Notes under the pieces: model-generated
Databases searched by the model: none
What the model was told of the DNA's origin: nothing
Seen by the model: the letters and a program-made list of their open reading frames with translations, nothing else
Shown: in pieces, positions 49,935 through 60,582 of the stretch
Layout of the letters: each line of letters starts with the position of its first letter
Position numbering within the stretch: the stretch's first letter is position 1
Assembly: GCA_964524845.1 (NCBI GenBank)
Contig: CAZGFX010000001.1
Coordinates: 227,740 to 291,739 of the forward strand
Origin: an uncultured Gammaproteobacteria bacterium
Lineage (GTDB): Bacteria; Patescibacteriota; Patescibacteriia; CAZGFX01
Direction: 5' to 3'
DNA: 64,000 bases
Position numbers and translations under genes: made by a program

Positions 49935-51086
49935 TTAAGAAAATGACTTTACTTCGAGATTTGGTAACGGAGAAGCAGAAAGCGAATCTTCGTGTTTAAT
50001 CCCATTTTGTATGATCGCGCCCGCTGCACACGCTATCATGACGGCATTGTCTCCTGTGTAATCTCTGTGAGCAACACAAAATTTTCTACCAGAAGCCTCA
50101 AGTAAGTCGGTACAATGCTTTCGAAGAAATTTATTTGCTGAAACTCCGCCACCCATATATACGGTATTTACTCCATATTCTTCTACTGCTTTCATAATTT
50201 TTTGTGAAATAACATCAATAACACACCATTCAAAAGAGGCGCAAATATCAGCTTTTTGTGTATCTGATAACGCATTTATATCAACACCATGACCAAGAGC
50301 TCCTTTTCTACACTCTTTTGCTAAATCTCTTACTTTATAAAGCACGGCTGTTTTGAGCCCCGCAAATGAAAAATTAAATCCTTTTGTACGAAGTGGACGC
50401 GGAAACACAAAAGCTTCGCGGTTTCCCTTCTCTGCTAAAACAGATACTAGCGGACCACCTGGATATCCGAGTCCGAGAAGTTTTGAAACCTTGTCAAAAG
50501 CTTCTCCGGCCGCATCGTCAACCGTATCTCCAATAAGTTCGATATCAAACGGAGATCGCATAAAAAACATTGCCGTATTACCTCCTGATACAACAACTGA
50601 AATAAGAGGAAAATCTTTTTCCCAGTCATCAATAGAAATGGTTGGCGAAATAAGATGAGCATACACATGATTAATTAGCATGAGTGGCTTCCCCCATGCA
50701 AAAGAAAGTGTTTTCGCCGTCTCAAGTCCTACTGCAAGTGCCGGCAGAAGACCTGGCCCTTGCGTTACAGCAATGCAATCAATTTTATCAATCAAATCTT
50801 CTCGAGAATAATTTAATTTCTCCTGCGCGCATGCAAACGCAGAATCAAATACAGGAAGAATGTTCTCAGCATGCATGCGCGCAGCAAGTTCGGGTACTAC
50901 ACCTCCGTATGGTTCGTGTGATTTCACTTGAGAAGACACAACATGTGAAACAACTTCTGTTTTCTTTCCATATTCATACAAAACAAAAGCAACGGCTGTT
51001 TCATCACAACTCGTTTCTATCGCACAAATGAGCTTTTTTGAATCTATCATATTGTGGTTATCATGAGTATACAAAATTATCACCAA
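49935..51086 (-). CDS. tsaD: tRNA N6-adenosine threonylcarbamoyltransferase TsaD (Kae1/Gcp)
   Basis: LICAIETSCDETAVAF N-terminal motif and metal-binding His pair region. The start may be at 51050. Confidence 0.85.
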   Translation of the reverse strand: MVIILYTHDNHNMIDSKKLICAIETSCDETAVAFVLYEYGKKTEVVSHVVSSQVKSHEPYGGVVPELAARMHAENILPVFDSAFACAQEKLNYSREDLIDKIDCIAVTQGPGLLPALAVGLETAKTLSFAWGKPLMLINHVYAHLISPTISIDDWEKDFPLISVVVSGGNTAMFFMRSPFDIELIGDTVDDAAGEAFDKVSKLLGLGYPGGPLVSVLAEKGNREAFVFPRPLRTKGFNFSFAGLKTAVLYKVRDLAKECRKGALGHGVDINALSDTQKADICASFEWCVIDVISQKIMKAVEEYGVNTVYMGGGVSANKFLRKHCTDLLEASGRKFCVAHRDYTGDNAVMIACAAGAIIQNGIKHEDSLSASPLPNLEVKSFS

Positions 51087-51229
51087 AAAACAAATATATT
51101 AGCTAAAACAAGAGCATTAAAAAGGTTTATTAAAACTTGACAGAAAATAAGAAATATAGTAAGTTACTATGATAAATAAAACAAAAAAATAAATCAGCCA
51201 AAGCCCTTTGCTGGGTAAGGAGAATTAAA

Positions 51230-53509
51230 ATGAAAAAACAGTCTTTATTCTACATGGCATTTTTTGCCATAATGATCTTTTCAAAATCTGAAGTGATTGC
51301 ACAACATTCGTCTGAAATTATGACGATTGTTGATGTCCGATCAATCATTCCATCGGGCGCGACAATATTCGGACCTGTGAAATCAAAAACCGTGATTACC
51401 GGCGACATTGATACTCTTATGTATATAGGAGTTACTATTAATGAAAACCAGTATTATCACGGGTATCTTGACGAGCTTGTGATTGTTTCAAATCATAAGT
51501 TTCAATATCTCGATCCGAACTTGTTCGAATGGATCAAGCTTGTAAGATTATCGAACGTAACTGGGTTACCAAACTTATCGATCGATAGCGTCTGGCACCC
51601 TACGACAGAAGTCCGGTTTTCAAACTCAGCTCAAGCGCTTCCTGCGCGAGAACAAATGGTTTTGGTTGTGATATACAAAGTACGACAAAACCACGACATA
51701 CTTCGAACATGGCACACAGGATTTTTTTCTGTTAAAAAACTGGTTATGAGACGGCCGAACGGAGAATTACTTAGAAACCAGTTTCTGCCTGAACGACAAT
51801 TTGAATTAAAAAGAAGTTTCGTTCCGACAGACACGAGCGAACATCCTCGCATTGGAGCATATTACGTAAGTTCTCCAAACGGGGATCGTTGGATGTTCGT
51901 TAGAAGAGTCGACAGCATATACACAATTCCTGACAGCCAAAAAGTGGCTGGAACATGGGAAAATGGAGGTGTTATTTCCGCAGGACAAATAGAGAAACTC
52001 ACAAACGCACATCGAGTTACTAAGCTCGTGTTTGGAGACAGTATCCAGTTCGGCGGACGAACACTAACTCACCCATTCGTGTATAACGATGTCGTCTGGT
52101 ACGAAACAGTTCGCGACAGCATGACACCGACAAGTATGTTGATTAAAATATACTCGCAAGGACATGCCAGAGTCGTGAATAGTGTCGTTCCGCAAGGCGG
52201 AAATGTTAATAATGTGGTACTTGATGATGGAACTATGCTTTCTCATAATGAAAGCATTCTGATTAATATGACGTATCTTTATGGGATAAGAAATGTTCCA
52301 AAACGAGTGCAGGAAACTGCACCGATCATAAGATACACATCACAATCATCACTAGTTGTTCCAGCTAGTATAACTTCGGATGCTTCTGTTGACACAATAA
52401 TTATTAAGAGTCCAGCAGATCCGAATAAGTCAATTGTCATAACTCATCTTAAACCAACAATCGAACGAGTTGGTGATTATTTTTCAAACTGGGCGCAAAC
52501 CGTATGGTTTGAAGACCGTTTGAAAAACAAAATTGTGATGAAAAATGATTGGGAGCTCGCAATTCCTATGACAATATCCCCTGGTGATTCATTTATGTTT
52601 ATTATAAAAACAAATACGAATGACAAGGACTTGATATCGCAAATCAGAAATAACTCTATAGCATATTATCGTGTAAACTTCTGTGGAGATCCTGATTCGG
52701 CTTATATCACAGGAAATATAGGATATCAGTACTCGACCAACTATGGAATCAGGCGAAGCAGCGCAATACTTCGAGGATATGATGTTCTGGGAAAAAAGCA
52801 CGAGTTTTCGGGCGCGATTCTGCAAGGAGATAAATCTATTAACGACGGAGTATATTTCATTGATAAGATGGAATGGAAGGGTGTCACCACGACTGGAGCT
52901 ACACTTCGTCTAAAGGTGAAAAACTTTTTTACCGAATCAGAACCTGTCGCAATAGCGATCAGATTACAGAAAAATCGCTACGAAAGCACCGAGCGTTTGT
53001 TCGTAGGATATGGCTCGTTTGAGAACGAGTATCTACTACCATATGCGCTTACGAATGATTTGAAATATATTGATATTCCAATATATTGGAACGATTTCTT
53101 CTTAGAAACATTCGAAGAAGACACAATATATTTCACTCGGTTTGATGTGTATGATCTTGATACAAGTCGTTGCGTAAAAGTTCAAGATCTAGTATACGAT
53201 GGTCGCGCAAAAACTCTTGTGATAAAAGAAACGGATCCAGTACTTTCGTGGAAAGTGGCTCCGAATCCAATCACAGACCATTTTAATCTAATTACCAATC
53301 TTACTAGATCGCTCGATGTAAAATTGGTAATACACGACATGGTCGGTAGAAAGATAATGGAAACAAAAACAAATCTTTCTGCTGGAGAAAGTACGACAAA
53401 GATCTCATTTCCATATGCAGCGAGCGGTGTATATTTCGTACACATTGCTGTAGAAAACAAGCCTTTCAGAGATAAACAAAAAACTTGGAAGGTTACTAAA
53501 TTACGATAA
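51230..53509 (+). CDS. large secreted protein with T9SS-type (Por_Secre_tail-like) C-terminal sorting domain
   Basis: Signal peptide MKKQSLFYMAFFAIMIFSKSEVIAQ. SD GGTAAGGAGAATTAAAATG. The C-terminal ~85 aa (VAPNPITDHFNLI...DMVGRKIME...ASGVYFVHIAVENKPF...KVTKLR) fit the T9SS type-A CTD pattern. Confidence 0.55.
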   Translation: MKKQSLFYMAFFAIMIFSKSEVIAQHSSEIMTIVDVRSIIPSGATIFGPVKSKTVITGDIDTLMYIGVTINENQYYHGYLDELVIVSNHKFQYLDPNLFEWIKLVRLSNVTGLPNLSIDSVWHPTTEVRFSNSAQALPAREQMVLVVIYKVRQNHDILRTWHTGFFSVKKLVMRRPNGELLRNQFLPERQFELKRSFVPTDTSEHPRIGAYYVSSPNGDRWMFVRRVDSIYTIPDSQKVAGTWENGGVISAGQIEKLTNAHRVTKLVFGDSIQFGGRTLTHPFVYNDVVWYETVRDSMTPTSMLIKIYSQGHARVVNSVVPQGGNVNNVVLDDGTMLSHNESILINMTYLYGIRNVPKRVQETAPIIRYTSQSSLVVPASITSDASVDTIIIKSPADPNKSIVITHLKPTIERVGDYFSNWAQTVWFEDRLKNKIVMKNDWELAIPMTISPGDSFMFIIKTNTNDKDLISQIRNNSIAYYRVNFCGDPDSAYITGNIGYQYSTNYGIRRSSAILRGYDVLGKKHEFSGAILQGDKSINDGVYFIDKMEWKGVTTTGATLRLKVKNFFTESEPVAIAIRLQKNRYESTERLFVGYGSFENEYLLPYALTNDLKYIDIPIYWNDFFLETFEEDTIYFTRFDVYDLDTSRCVKVQDLVYDGRAKTLVIKETDPVLSWKVAPNPITDHFNLITNLTRSLDVKLVIHDMVGRKIMETKTNLSAGESTTKISFPYAASGVYFVHIAVENKPFRDKQKTWKVTKLR

Positions 53510-53593
53510 AAAGACAAAATAATCCCCCTTACTTTAAATTAGTAAGGGGGTTTTCATTTGTTTTTAGCCAAAAATAGCCTATTTGACGTCTAT

Positions 53594-53623
53594 TGACTTT
53601 TTTGGTATAAATGCTAATCTATA
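53594..53623 (+). promoter_or_regulatory. sigma70-like promoter (TTGACG-N17-TATAAAT)
   Basis: -35 TTGACG at 53594-53599, a 17-nt spacer, and -10 TATAAAT at 53617-53623. Confidence 0.5.
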
Positions 53624-53648
53624 AGGATTTAAAAACAATAAAAAAACA

Positions 53649-53686
53649 ATCCCTCGTCGTGTTGAAAAACACGACTCGGGACAAGC
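53649..53686 (+). repeat. 38-nt leader element, copy B (ATCCCTCGTCGTGTTGAAAAACACGACTCGGGACAAGC)
   Basis: Exact reverse-complement of 8476-8513. Lies between the promoter and the SD of the 53705 gene. Predicted 8-bp stem with a GAAA loop. Confidence 0.8.
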
Positions 53687-53704
53687 CATGAAAAGGAGAT
53701 TAAA

Positions 53705-56500
53705 ATGAAAAAGATAATTGTATTTTCACTTTCGCTCTTTACAGCGATATGTGTAGTGTCCTTCGCCGGACACGCACAATCAATTGGAAATTTGACGGAA
53801 AACTCCCCAGCAGGGAAGATTGTTCGCCACCAAAATTTCCCTGTGATGCGCTTCCAGATAACTGGTGTTCCAACACAGTCTGGAAATGTTTATAAAATAC
53901 TGGAAAAAGTATTTATAGGTATTCAAACCAATCGAAAAGTTACAGGTTCTATTGATATTGGTTTGTATAATTATTACACGGGTGAGTTTTATGGAAACGA
54001 ATCACTTGTACCAATACGAACCCATTCTTCTGGGACCGATAGTTGTTATGTCGAGTCTTTTATTACTCATAAACAAAACGGATCAAACCTTCTTCTAGAT
54101 CCTTCTACTGTTTTCGAGATGAGAGCAAATCTGAACAGTGATAGTATGAGAATAAATGATGTAATTACTTTTATTGTAAATGGGATCGAATACAGAGATC
54201 CTAGTTTACCAAACGAACCATCTTTTCTATTTGGAAACACGCTTCGAAAAGTAACACTCGTATATTCTGGTGCGATTATTAGTAACGAATTTGTCGTCAC
54301 TGACAAGATATTCACCGTTGACGCTGATAACTCTTTAAACGGAGCCTATCTGCTCGTTGGTGATTCGCTGGATCAGAATATTCCATATCAAGAAATCGGA
54401 AGGTTTACAGTGAATAATTGGCATCCCTCAAACGAATGGAGGTCCAAATATATCGTATTTGCTGAAACAAACCTGAACACATTTCCAGGTTTCAGTCAGA
54501 ACTTTTTCAAGGCAACTATTGAGAAATTGAATTCGGATGGAAAAACATGGACGAGGATAACTCCTGAAGTCCAAAATCCTAACCGAAGTTTTAACATCAA
54601 TAACAATGCCTTGAACTTACAACCGTTAAAATCGGCCGTGTGCCGATTAATGGTTAAGTCTGTTAATTGGACCGGATTCAATGGTTCTCTCATAAACTTC
54701 ACAGCAAGTGTTATGGGAATGTATTATTTGTTAGGGACAATAACGGGCGAAGCCGGAAGCGATTACGACACATTACAAACAATTGTTGTTTCAGATGCGG
54801 GAAATCAGGAATATTATATTCATCCGCTTCTGAAAAACAGTCTTCATATCGTTTCGAAAGAAACGATTGATACTACGATGACAATTGTTGTTCATGGCGC
54901 TCCCGAAGAGGATACTAAAACAGAAGAAATTAGGTTTGAAGTATCAAATCCTCATAATATTACCAAAATAGGCGTGACATGGAACGAAGGAACTGCTAAA
55001 AAGTCTAAGGAAACAAACGTTACTAACAGTGACGCTATTATTTCCGGAATTGGTAACTTCATAGGAAAAAATGCGAGTGAGAATATGCAGGTTAAAATAA
55101 CTGCGAATCGCTCTAGTATTCTTCCGACTCATGATCCAGCGCAGAAAATATCGGTCGTATCTATATCTCACCTGATATCAAAAGGAGAGATATCGAAAAT
55201 AAGCCGTCGCGGGGATCAGCAAAAAATTCGCTATACATACAGCCAATTTGGTTCTATTCCGGAAGGCACATTCCTTCATCTGAATCGCCCTACGATTGGT
55301 TCTTATGGGTTTAAAACCGTAAGCTCGATCAATGGAACGGTTCAGATAAACCAAAAGGACGAGTTCGAGATTATGGTTCCTGCGACAGAGGTGTCCAGAG
55401 GATATGCGTTTGTCGAGATGAAACGAGGCGATGTTGTTGATATATATGATCCGAACGTACACGAGTACGGACGTGTCGTGGTCCTGCAAGATTTAAGCGC
55501 AGGAACAACAACAGATAGTCTTGTTTTGTCAGCCAGAGTAGGCGTAAGTCCATATAGACTTTGTTATATTGTAAATATAACAAAGCAGACGAACATAGCG
55601 GCAAAACCATTTGTGTTTGAAGATGCGCGACTGGACTTCACCGTCCTCGATCCGATCAATAATGGAAATGCTATTGATGCGAGCGGCGAGACAAACCAGA
55701 TTCTGCTAACAGTAAGAGTAAAATGTGTTGGCGAAGCACCAATAAAAATAACTTCGATGCCTTTCATAAAAACATCGAGTCATACATCTGCCATAGAACG
55801 AATAAAGGAATTCACACTTGTTCGCGACAATGGTCAGACTTTCGATGCTATACGAACTGATAAAGAAGTTATTGAGTTTCGTCCTGACACCGCTATCACG
55901 CTTGCTCCGGGACAGAGTTTCGCCGTACAAGTTCAGGGAAACACATCCGATATTGGAAAAGCGTTTCGAACAGGAACGTTTCAACTCCAAATTGGAAGAT
56001 CTTCAGGACCGTTTGGCGAAGGCGGATGGGACTGGGAGTACGTTTCCAAGTACGATAATCAGACAATCGTCCGTGGAAACACTGCAAACGATTATCCTGT
56101 GCAAGGCCCATTGTTTTTATACGGTGGAAGTGGAAAAGATTTGAGTTTTTGCAGTAATGTAAAAATTAACTTCTTCCCTCACCCGGTCACAAGAAATTGG
56201 CTTGCCGAGCACAGAGCGATTCCCGCCAAGTTCGTCGCGAAATATCCGGAGAAGTACGAAGGCATACGTGTAAAAGCATATGATCTTCAGATGAGAGACA
56301 TAACATATATGTTTGAAGCTAATATGTTTAATCTCGACTTCTCGGCAATCGAGCCTACGAACGAAGGATATGTGATCAAAGACGTGTTTACCTTGAAAAT
56401 CAAGGATCCACGTTCTATGGATCATGTCGCATCGCAAATACTGTTCATCGTTTTTGACGAAGGATGTCAAAATACGGCAAAGCTCGTCATACGAAAATAA
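53705..56500 (+). CDS. large secreted hypothetical protein (931 aa)
   Basis: Signal peptide MKKIIVFSLSLFTAICVVSFAGHAQ. SD AAGGAGATTAAAATG. The C-terminal ~45 aa are weakly CTD-like and end in KLVIRK. Confidence 0.5.
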   Translation: MKKIIVFSLSLFTAICVVSFAGHAQSIGNLTENSPAGKIVRHQNFPVMRFQITGVPTQSGNVYKILEKVFIGIQTNRKVTGSIDIGLYNYYTGEFYGNESLVPIRTHSSGTDSCYVESFITHKQNGSNLLLDPSTVFEMRANLNSDSMRINDVITFIVNGIEYRDPSLPNEPSFLFGNTLRKVTLVYSGAIISNEFVVTDKIFTVDADNSLNGAYLLVGDSLDQNIPYQEIGRFTVNNWHPSNEWRSKYIVFAETNLNTFPGFSQNFFKATIEKLNSDGKTWTRITPEVQNPNRSFNINNNALNLQPLKSAVCRLMVKSVNWTGFNGSLINFTASVMGMYYLLGTITGEAGSDYDTLQTIVVSDAGNQEYYIHPLLKNSLHIVSKETIDTTMTIVVHGAPEEDTKTEEIRFEVSNPHNITKIGVTWNEGTAKKSKETNVTNSDAIISGIGNFIGKNASENMQVKITANRSSILPTHDPAQKISVVSISHLISKGEISKISRRGDQQKIRYTYSQFGSIPEGTFLHLNRPTIGSYGFKTVSSINGTVQINQKDEFEIMVPATEVSRGYAFVEMKRGDVVDIYDPNVHEYGRVVVLQDLSAGTTTDSLVLSARVGVSPYRLCYIVNITKQTNIAAKPFVFEDARLDFTVLDPINNGNAIDASGETNQILLTVRVKCVGEAPIKITSMPFIKTSSHTSAIERIKEFTLVRDNGQTFDAIRTDKEVIEFRPDTAITLAPGQSFAVQVQGNTSDIGKAFRTGTFQLQIGRSSGPFGEGGWDWEYVSKYDNQTIVRGNTANDYPVQGPLFLYGGSGKDLSFCSNVKINFFPHPVTRNWLAEHRAIPAKFVAKYPEKYEGIRVKAYDLQMRDITYMFEANMFNLDFSAIEPTNEGYVIKDVFTLKIKDPRSMDHVASQILFIVFDEGCQNTAKLVIRK

Positions 56501-56585
56501 ATTAATTGTAAACAAACAACGCCTGATCATAAATGATTGGGCGTTTTTATTTTTCCTTGTTTTTCAATTTAAAACTTTGGATAAG

Positions 56586-57965
56586 TTATTTTCTTGATAT
56601 TACAAGTGCGTTCGGTACGTCTTGTCCTGGTCCAACATAATACACACCACCAAGCATCATCGCACCTGATCGTCCACCATCAAGATTAAGAGCAAACTCA
56701 GCACCAAGCTCTTTCATGACATAAGCCATGGCCGGCACAGTACTGCTTGAAGTATAAACGATAAACAATCGGTCATTATTATAACCTATCGACATACGAG
56801 CTTTGTTTTGAGAAGACTGCATCTTATTCATAAACTCTTTATCAACGACAACCTTCCCATATTCAACCAAAGATGGTCCCGAAGTAATTGCTCCATAAAG
56901 CTTTTTTCCTGTCGCAAACTCAAACCATTTTTCGTTTTGTATTTCACTAACTCTATGAAAATAATGGAAATCGCCATCTTCCGTAACAGCAAGCATCGAT
57001 CCGTCTGTAAAATTAATCTTATCACTATTAAAAAATGTTTTTGTGTTTGTACCATAAAGTGGCCAGAACGTAGCTCGTTTCTGATCGACACATTTAATAT
57101 CATCATCAGGACAGAAATAACTTCCGTTTATTGCCACAATAGCGTTTGGTATCTCGTGAAAATACTTGTATATGCTTTTTGCCTTACAATCTTTTTCGCA
57201 ATCAAATATATCTCCTGATAAAACTGAGATACGAATACCTTTTGAACGATCGAGTGATATCATTCGTACCCACACATTTCCTTTTTCGGTTGATATTTCT
57301 TTTATTGAAAAAGAATAAACATCATTCTCTAGTACCTCATCAGATGGGCGTATCCTTGATAGGTTCTCGTCTGTAATTCCAAGCCCAAGTTTCGACATAA
57401 TTCGAAAAGCATCAGCAGGACGACCAAGAAAATAACGAATCTTAGTATCAGGATGAACATACCATGCCTCGCCATGCGACTCTACTTGCAAAAGTATCTT
57501 GCCAGCTAAACGAGTTCGAAGCTCATCGTCATATTGTTTTTCGGAATTAACTGGGTTTTTATTTTGAGTATCATTAATTGGCAGGCACGTGGAAACGTCT
57601 CCGTTAAGGCATTTTTCAGGATCGATATACACCTCTCCTTGATTTACAAGCGATGGAGACGGCGCGCGCTCGGCGCCATTTGAAAAAGAGGTATCCTTTT
57701 CGTCGTGTATGGGTATTTTTTCTATTTCCGCATTTGATATTCCGAGGCCGAGCGCGCGCATGAGATTCCACGCATCATCAGGACGACCTAGAAAATACCT
57801 TTTGTAGTCATCGGGATTAATATACCACGCCTCTCCGTTCTTCTCGACTTGTAATACTATTTTTCCTGAAAGATCGGAAACAAATGAAGCGTGCACCGAC
57901 GTATATACCATCGCGCATCCTGCAAAGGAAAATATAAGTAAAAATATTTTTACAAAATATTTCAT
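56586..57965 (-). CDS. secreted protein with duplicated N-terminal domain and C-terminal phosphodiester glycosidase (NAGPA-like) domain
   Basis: Signal peptide. Two copies of the ~85-aa unit GKI.LQVE..GEAWY..PD...RYFLGRP.DA...M..LGLGI. C-terminal LNLDGGRSGAMMLGG resembles the NLDGGGS motif of the phosphodiester glycosidase family. Confidence 0.5.
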   Translation of the reverse strand: MKYFVKIFLLIFSFAGCAMVYTSVHASFVSDLSGKIVLQVEKNGEAWYINPDDYKRYFLGRPDDAWNLMRALGLGISNAEIEKIPIHDEKDTSFSNGAERAPSPSLVNQGEVYIDPEKCLNGDVSTCLPINDTQNKNPVNSEKQYDDELRTRLAGKILLQVESHGEAWYVHPDTKIRYFLGRPADAFRIMSKLGLGITDENLSRIRPSDEVLENDVYSFSIKEISTEKGNVWVRMISLDRSKGIRISVLSGDIFDCEKDCKAKSIYKYFHEIPNAIVAINGSYFCPDDDIKCVDQKRATFWPLYGTNTKTFFNSDKINFTDGSMLAVTEDGDFHYFHRVSEIQNEKWFEFATGKKLYGAITSGPSLVEYGKVVVDKEFMNKMQSSQNKARMSIGYNNDRLFIVYTSSSTVPAMAYVMKELGAEFALNLDGGRSGAMMLGGVYYVGPGQDVPNALVISRK

Positions 57966-58558
57966 TTATTTTGTTTTCGAATAAGAATAGTAAGCCCATC
58001 GTCAATGTGTAATTCAAATACGGAAAAATCGGCTTGATTTCCGAGATATTCTCGAAATTCAGAAAGCTCGTCAGCATGTGAATCTGTATTGTCAATTACA
58101 ATACTTGCGTGATCCAAAAGAAGTGGAATAAGTTGTTCTATAATTTCTTTGTATTGATATTTTACAGCATCTAGAAACACAAAATCAAACTTCATAGATA
58201 AAAAAGGCTCCACAGAAAAACACTCCGGCGCGTGCAGATTATAGATCGTAACACAATCATCAGCTCCGGCATCAAAAATAGCTTTCTTTGCGGACAAAAA
58301 ACGCTCTTCGTGTGATTCAATAGTATGTAGATGCCCTTTTATTTCTTTTAAAACTTTTGCGAAATTAAGAGCGGAATACCCGTTTGAAGAGCCTATTTCA
58401 AGAATATGACGCGGCGCCGTGGCGCAGACGAGACAACGAAGAAACTCGGCAGTTTCATTATGAATATTCCAATATGGATTTCCTTCCGTATTTCGAATTT
58501 TCTCGAGTCGCAAACACTCTTCTTCAAGTTTTTTCATATATAAGTCAGTATTTTTCAT
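57962..58558 (-). CDS. class I SAM-dependent O-methyltransferase (family 3, catechol/caffeoyl-CoA OMT-like)
   Basis: ILEIGSSNGYSALNFA (SAM motif I) and FDFVFLDAVKYQYKE...IVIDN. 4-nt overlaps with both neighbours. Confidence 0.7.
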   Translation of the reverse strand: MKNTDLYMKKLEEECLRLEKIRNTEGNPYWNIHNETAEFLRCLVCATAPRHILEIGSSNGYSALNFAKVLKEIKGHLHTIESHEERFLSAKKAIFDAGADDCVTIYNLHAPECFSVEPFLSMKFDFVFLDAVKYQYKEIIEQLIPLLLDHASIVIDNTDSHADELSEFREYLGNQADFSVFELHIDDGLTILIRKQNK

Positions 58559-58803
58559 ATATCGATAATTCTCTTTTGATTTTTATTCACCACTTCCCGC
58601 GTTCTTCCATACGTTCCGTGCGCGCCACGGCGCCGCTGAAACTTGTTTTTCAACCAAGGATATAGAGTTTTTTTCCATTTCCCCCATATCCAAAAAATAA
58701 TAATCGCTATCAAAACATACGGTAGCAGATGCACCGCTACCGTAATTATAAGAATAAATACGAGTAAAATGATAAAAATCGCGAAAACTCTATTAATGGC
58801 CAT
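58555..58803 (-). CDS. small membrane protein (82 aa, 2 TM)
   Basis: Hydrophobic segments. The stop overlaps the OMT start. Confidence 0.35.
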   Translation of the reverse strand: MAINRVFAIFIILLVFILIITVAVHLLPYVLIAIIIFWIWGKWKKTLYPWLKNKFQRRRGAHGTYGRTREVVNKNQKRIIDI

Positions 58804-58815
58804 ACCATTAATGCA

Positions 58816-59181
58816 TTATGAGTTTTTGATTTTTGAATCAATTTCTTTCAACTTTTGATTAATCGCTCGAAGTCCTTTTATTACCGCGTGACTTGTCTTT
58901 TTCTGTGCAGTAACTTCAAGATCTTTGAGAAGTACTTCCATTTGTTGTTTCACCTTCTCCCAATCACCATCCCATGATTCACGAAGCTCTTTCCATGCTT
59001 CCTCGAGATGATCCATGGTATCAACCCCTTTTTCTTCCAATCGAGCTGCAATCATTTTTAACTTAGCCTCCATAATTGCACGCTTATCATCGCTTATTTG
59101 TCCCTTAAGTTTATCGAGCATTGAGTGTATCTCGTGTTTTATGCTCTTTTTCATTAAAAACATTTTTATACGTGAAAACAT
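58816..59181 (-). CDS. coiled-coil hypothetical protein
   Basis: Charged helical sequence. No recognisable motif. Confidence 0.3.
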   Translation of the reverse strand: MFSRIKMFLMKKSIKHEIHSMLDKLKGQISDDKRAIMEAKLKMIAARLEEKGVDTMDHLEEAWKELRESWDGDWEKVKQQMEVLLKDLEVTAQKKTSHAVIKGLRAINQKLKEIDSKIKNS

Positions 59182-59302
59182 ATTTGTTTATATTACGTTT
59201 ATATTCTATATCATTTGGCTGTTTTTGTGAAATAAAAAAGCCCATCCGTTTTTAAACGAATGGGTTTTATGAATAGAACTTATGATTGAGTCAATGACCC
59301 AA

Positions 59303-60448
59303 TCATTTTTTCTTTTTGTTTACTTTTTTGTCGCTCTCTATCATGAACGAGAGCAGTACACTTGTCGGCGAAGGGTTCATTTTTCCTCCGAAGACAAGGT
59401 TTCCGATGGAAAGCTTTCCTTTCTTATCATAATTTACAGTTCCCGACGTATTTTTCGTCTGAAACCGCAAAATCCCTTTGTCTATATATTTTATCAAGAG
59501 GCTATCAAGTCCCTCATCTCTCGCCTGATAATCCTCTTTTTCCATTTCCAAAGGAAGGATAACATTCGACAATGCTTTCTGTTCGTTTGTGTATATGACT
59601 TTCCGAATAGTCAACCATTTCACAGTTTCTAAGTTGTCTGAAACTATTTCGGAAAAATTTGTATAAACATAAGGATCGTCCGGATCCGACAACGCTTGAT
59701 TAAAATCGCTGTCTTTGAATTTTAACCATCTTTTTGTCGTATAATACCCGGTTTCCTCTTTTACGGTTGTAATGGTATCAGGAATCAAAACGAGTAATGA
59801 ATTCAATGGAACAGACTCAGAAAATCCACATTTTTGAAGAATTCGTCTATTGGGCAACTGTGTCTTCAAATCATTATTAATAAGATTCATCTTATCAATA
59901 ATTACCGGAAAATCCCCCGATAAGACAAAAAATGTTTGTATGGAAATCTTTTTGTCTTTTTCAGTTGACAAGATCAGGCGAGAAAGAAGATATTGCCCTT
60001 CGTATTTTGTAACAATTCTTTTTGCAAAATTTTCAACTTCAGCGAATTGTTCGATAAACGATTCGGGTATATCTTTGCTTTCCAAGACGATGTTGGTCGA
60101 AACCTTATTTTTCTGAGAACCTCCAGATGAGGCTCCAACTGAACTTCCCGAACCAACGTCCATTGCTACATCGTTCTTCGAAGGAACAATTTTTACATCT
60201 TTCTTTTCTTTACCGGCCTCATCTTTTTTCTCGTCCTTCTTTGCGACGTCCTTCTTTTCGTCTTTTTTCTTATCATCCTTTTTCTTGTCATCGTCTTTTT
60301 TTACAGTTTCCTTAGCCTGGTCTTTTTTCAAGACCTTCTTAGTTGCGACAAGTTGACAACTCGTCACCACAAACACCGCAATAAGCAGTGCAAAAAATAA
60401 TTTCAACGTTCTCATAACGCTCCTTTTCTGCCAATAACCCATGGTCAC
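59303..60448 (-). CDS. hypothetical lipoprotein with K/D/E-rich low-complexity linker
   Basis: Signal peptide with lipobox VVTSC (start probably at 60413). KKDDDKKKDDKKKDEKKD linker. Confidence 0.45.
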   Translation of the reverse strand: MTMGYWQKRSVMRTLKLFFALLIAVFVVTSCQLVATKKVLKKDQAKETVKKDDDKKKDDKKKDEKKDVAKKDEKKDEAGKEKKDVKIVPSKNDVAMDVGSGSSVGASSGGSQKNKVSTNIVLESKDIPESFIEQFAEVENFAKRIVTKYEGQYLLSRLILSTEKDKKISIQTFFVLSGDFPVIIDKMNLINNDLKTQLPNRRILQKCGFSESVPLNSLLVLIPDTITTVKEETGYYTTKRWLKFKDSDFNQALSDPDDPYVYTNFSEIVSDNLETVKWLTIRKVIYTNEQKALSNVILPLEMEKEDYQARDEGLDSLLIKYIDKGILRFQTKNTSGTVNYDKKGKLSIGNLVFGGKMNPSPTSVLLSFMIESDKKVNKKKK

Positions 60449-60582
60449 CAGCTAGTTTTGTTTATTTGTTTTTAACTTATATTTATGAATTTATCATATG
60501 ATTGTATAAATATACGGAGATTTTGTCAATAGCTAGCAAAGGTACGAAAAAACGGCTTTTTCGAGCCGTTTTTTTATAAATA

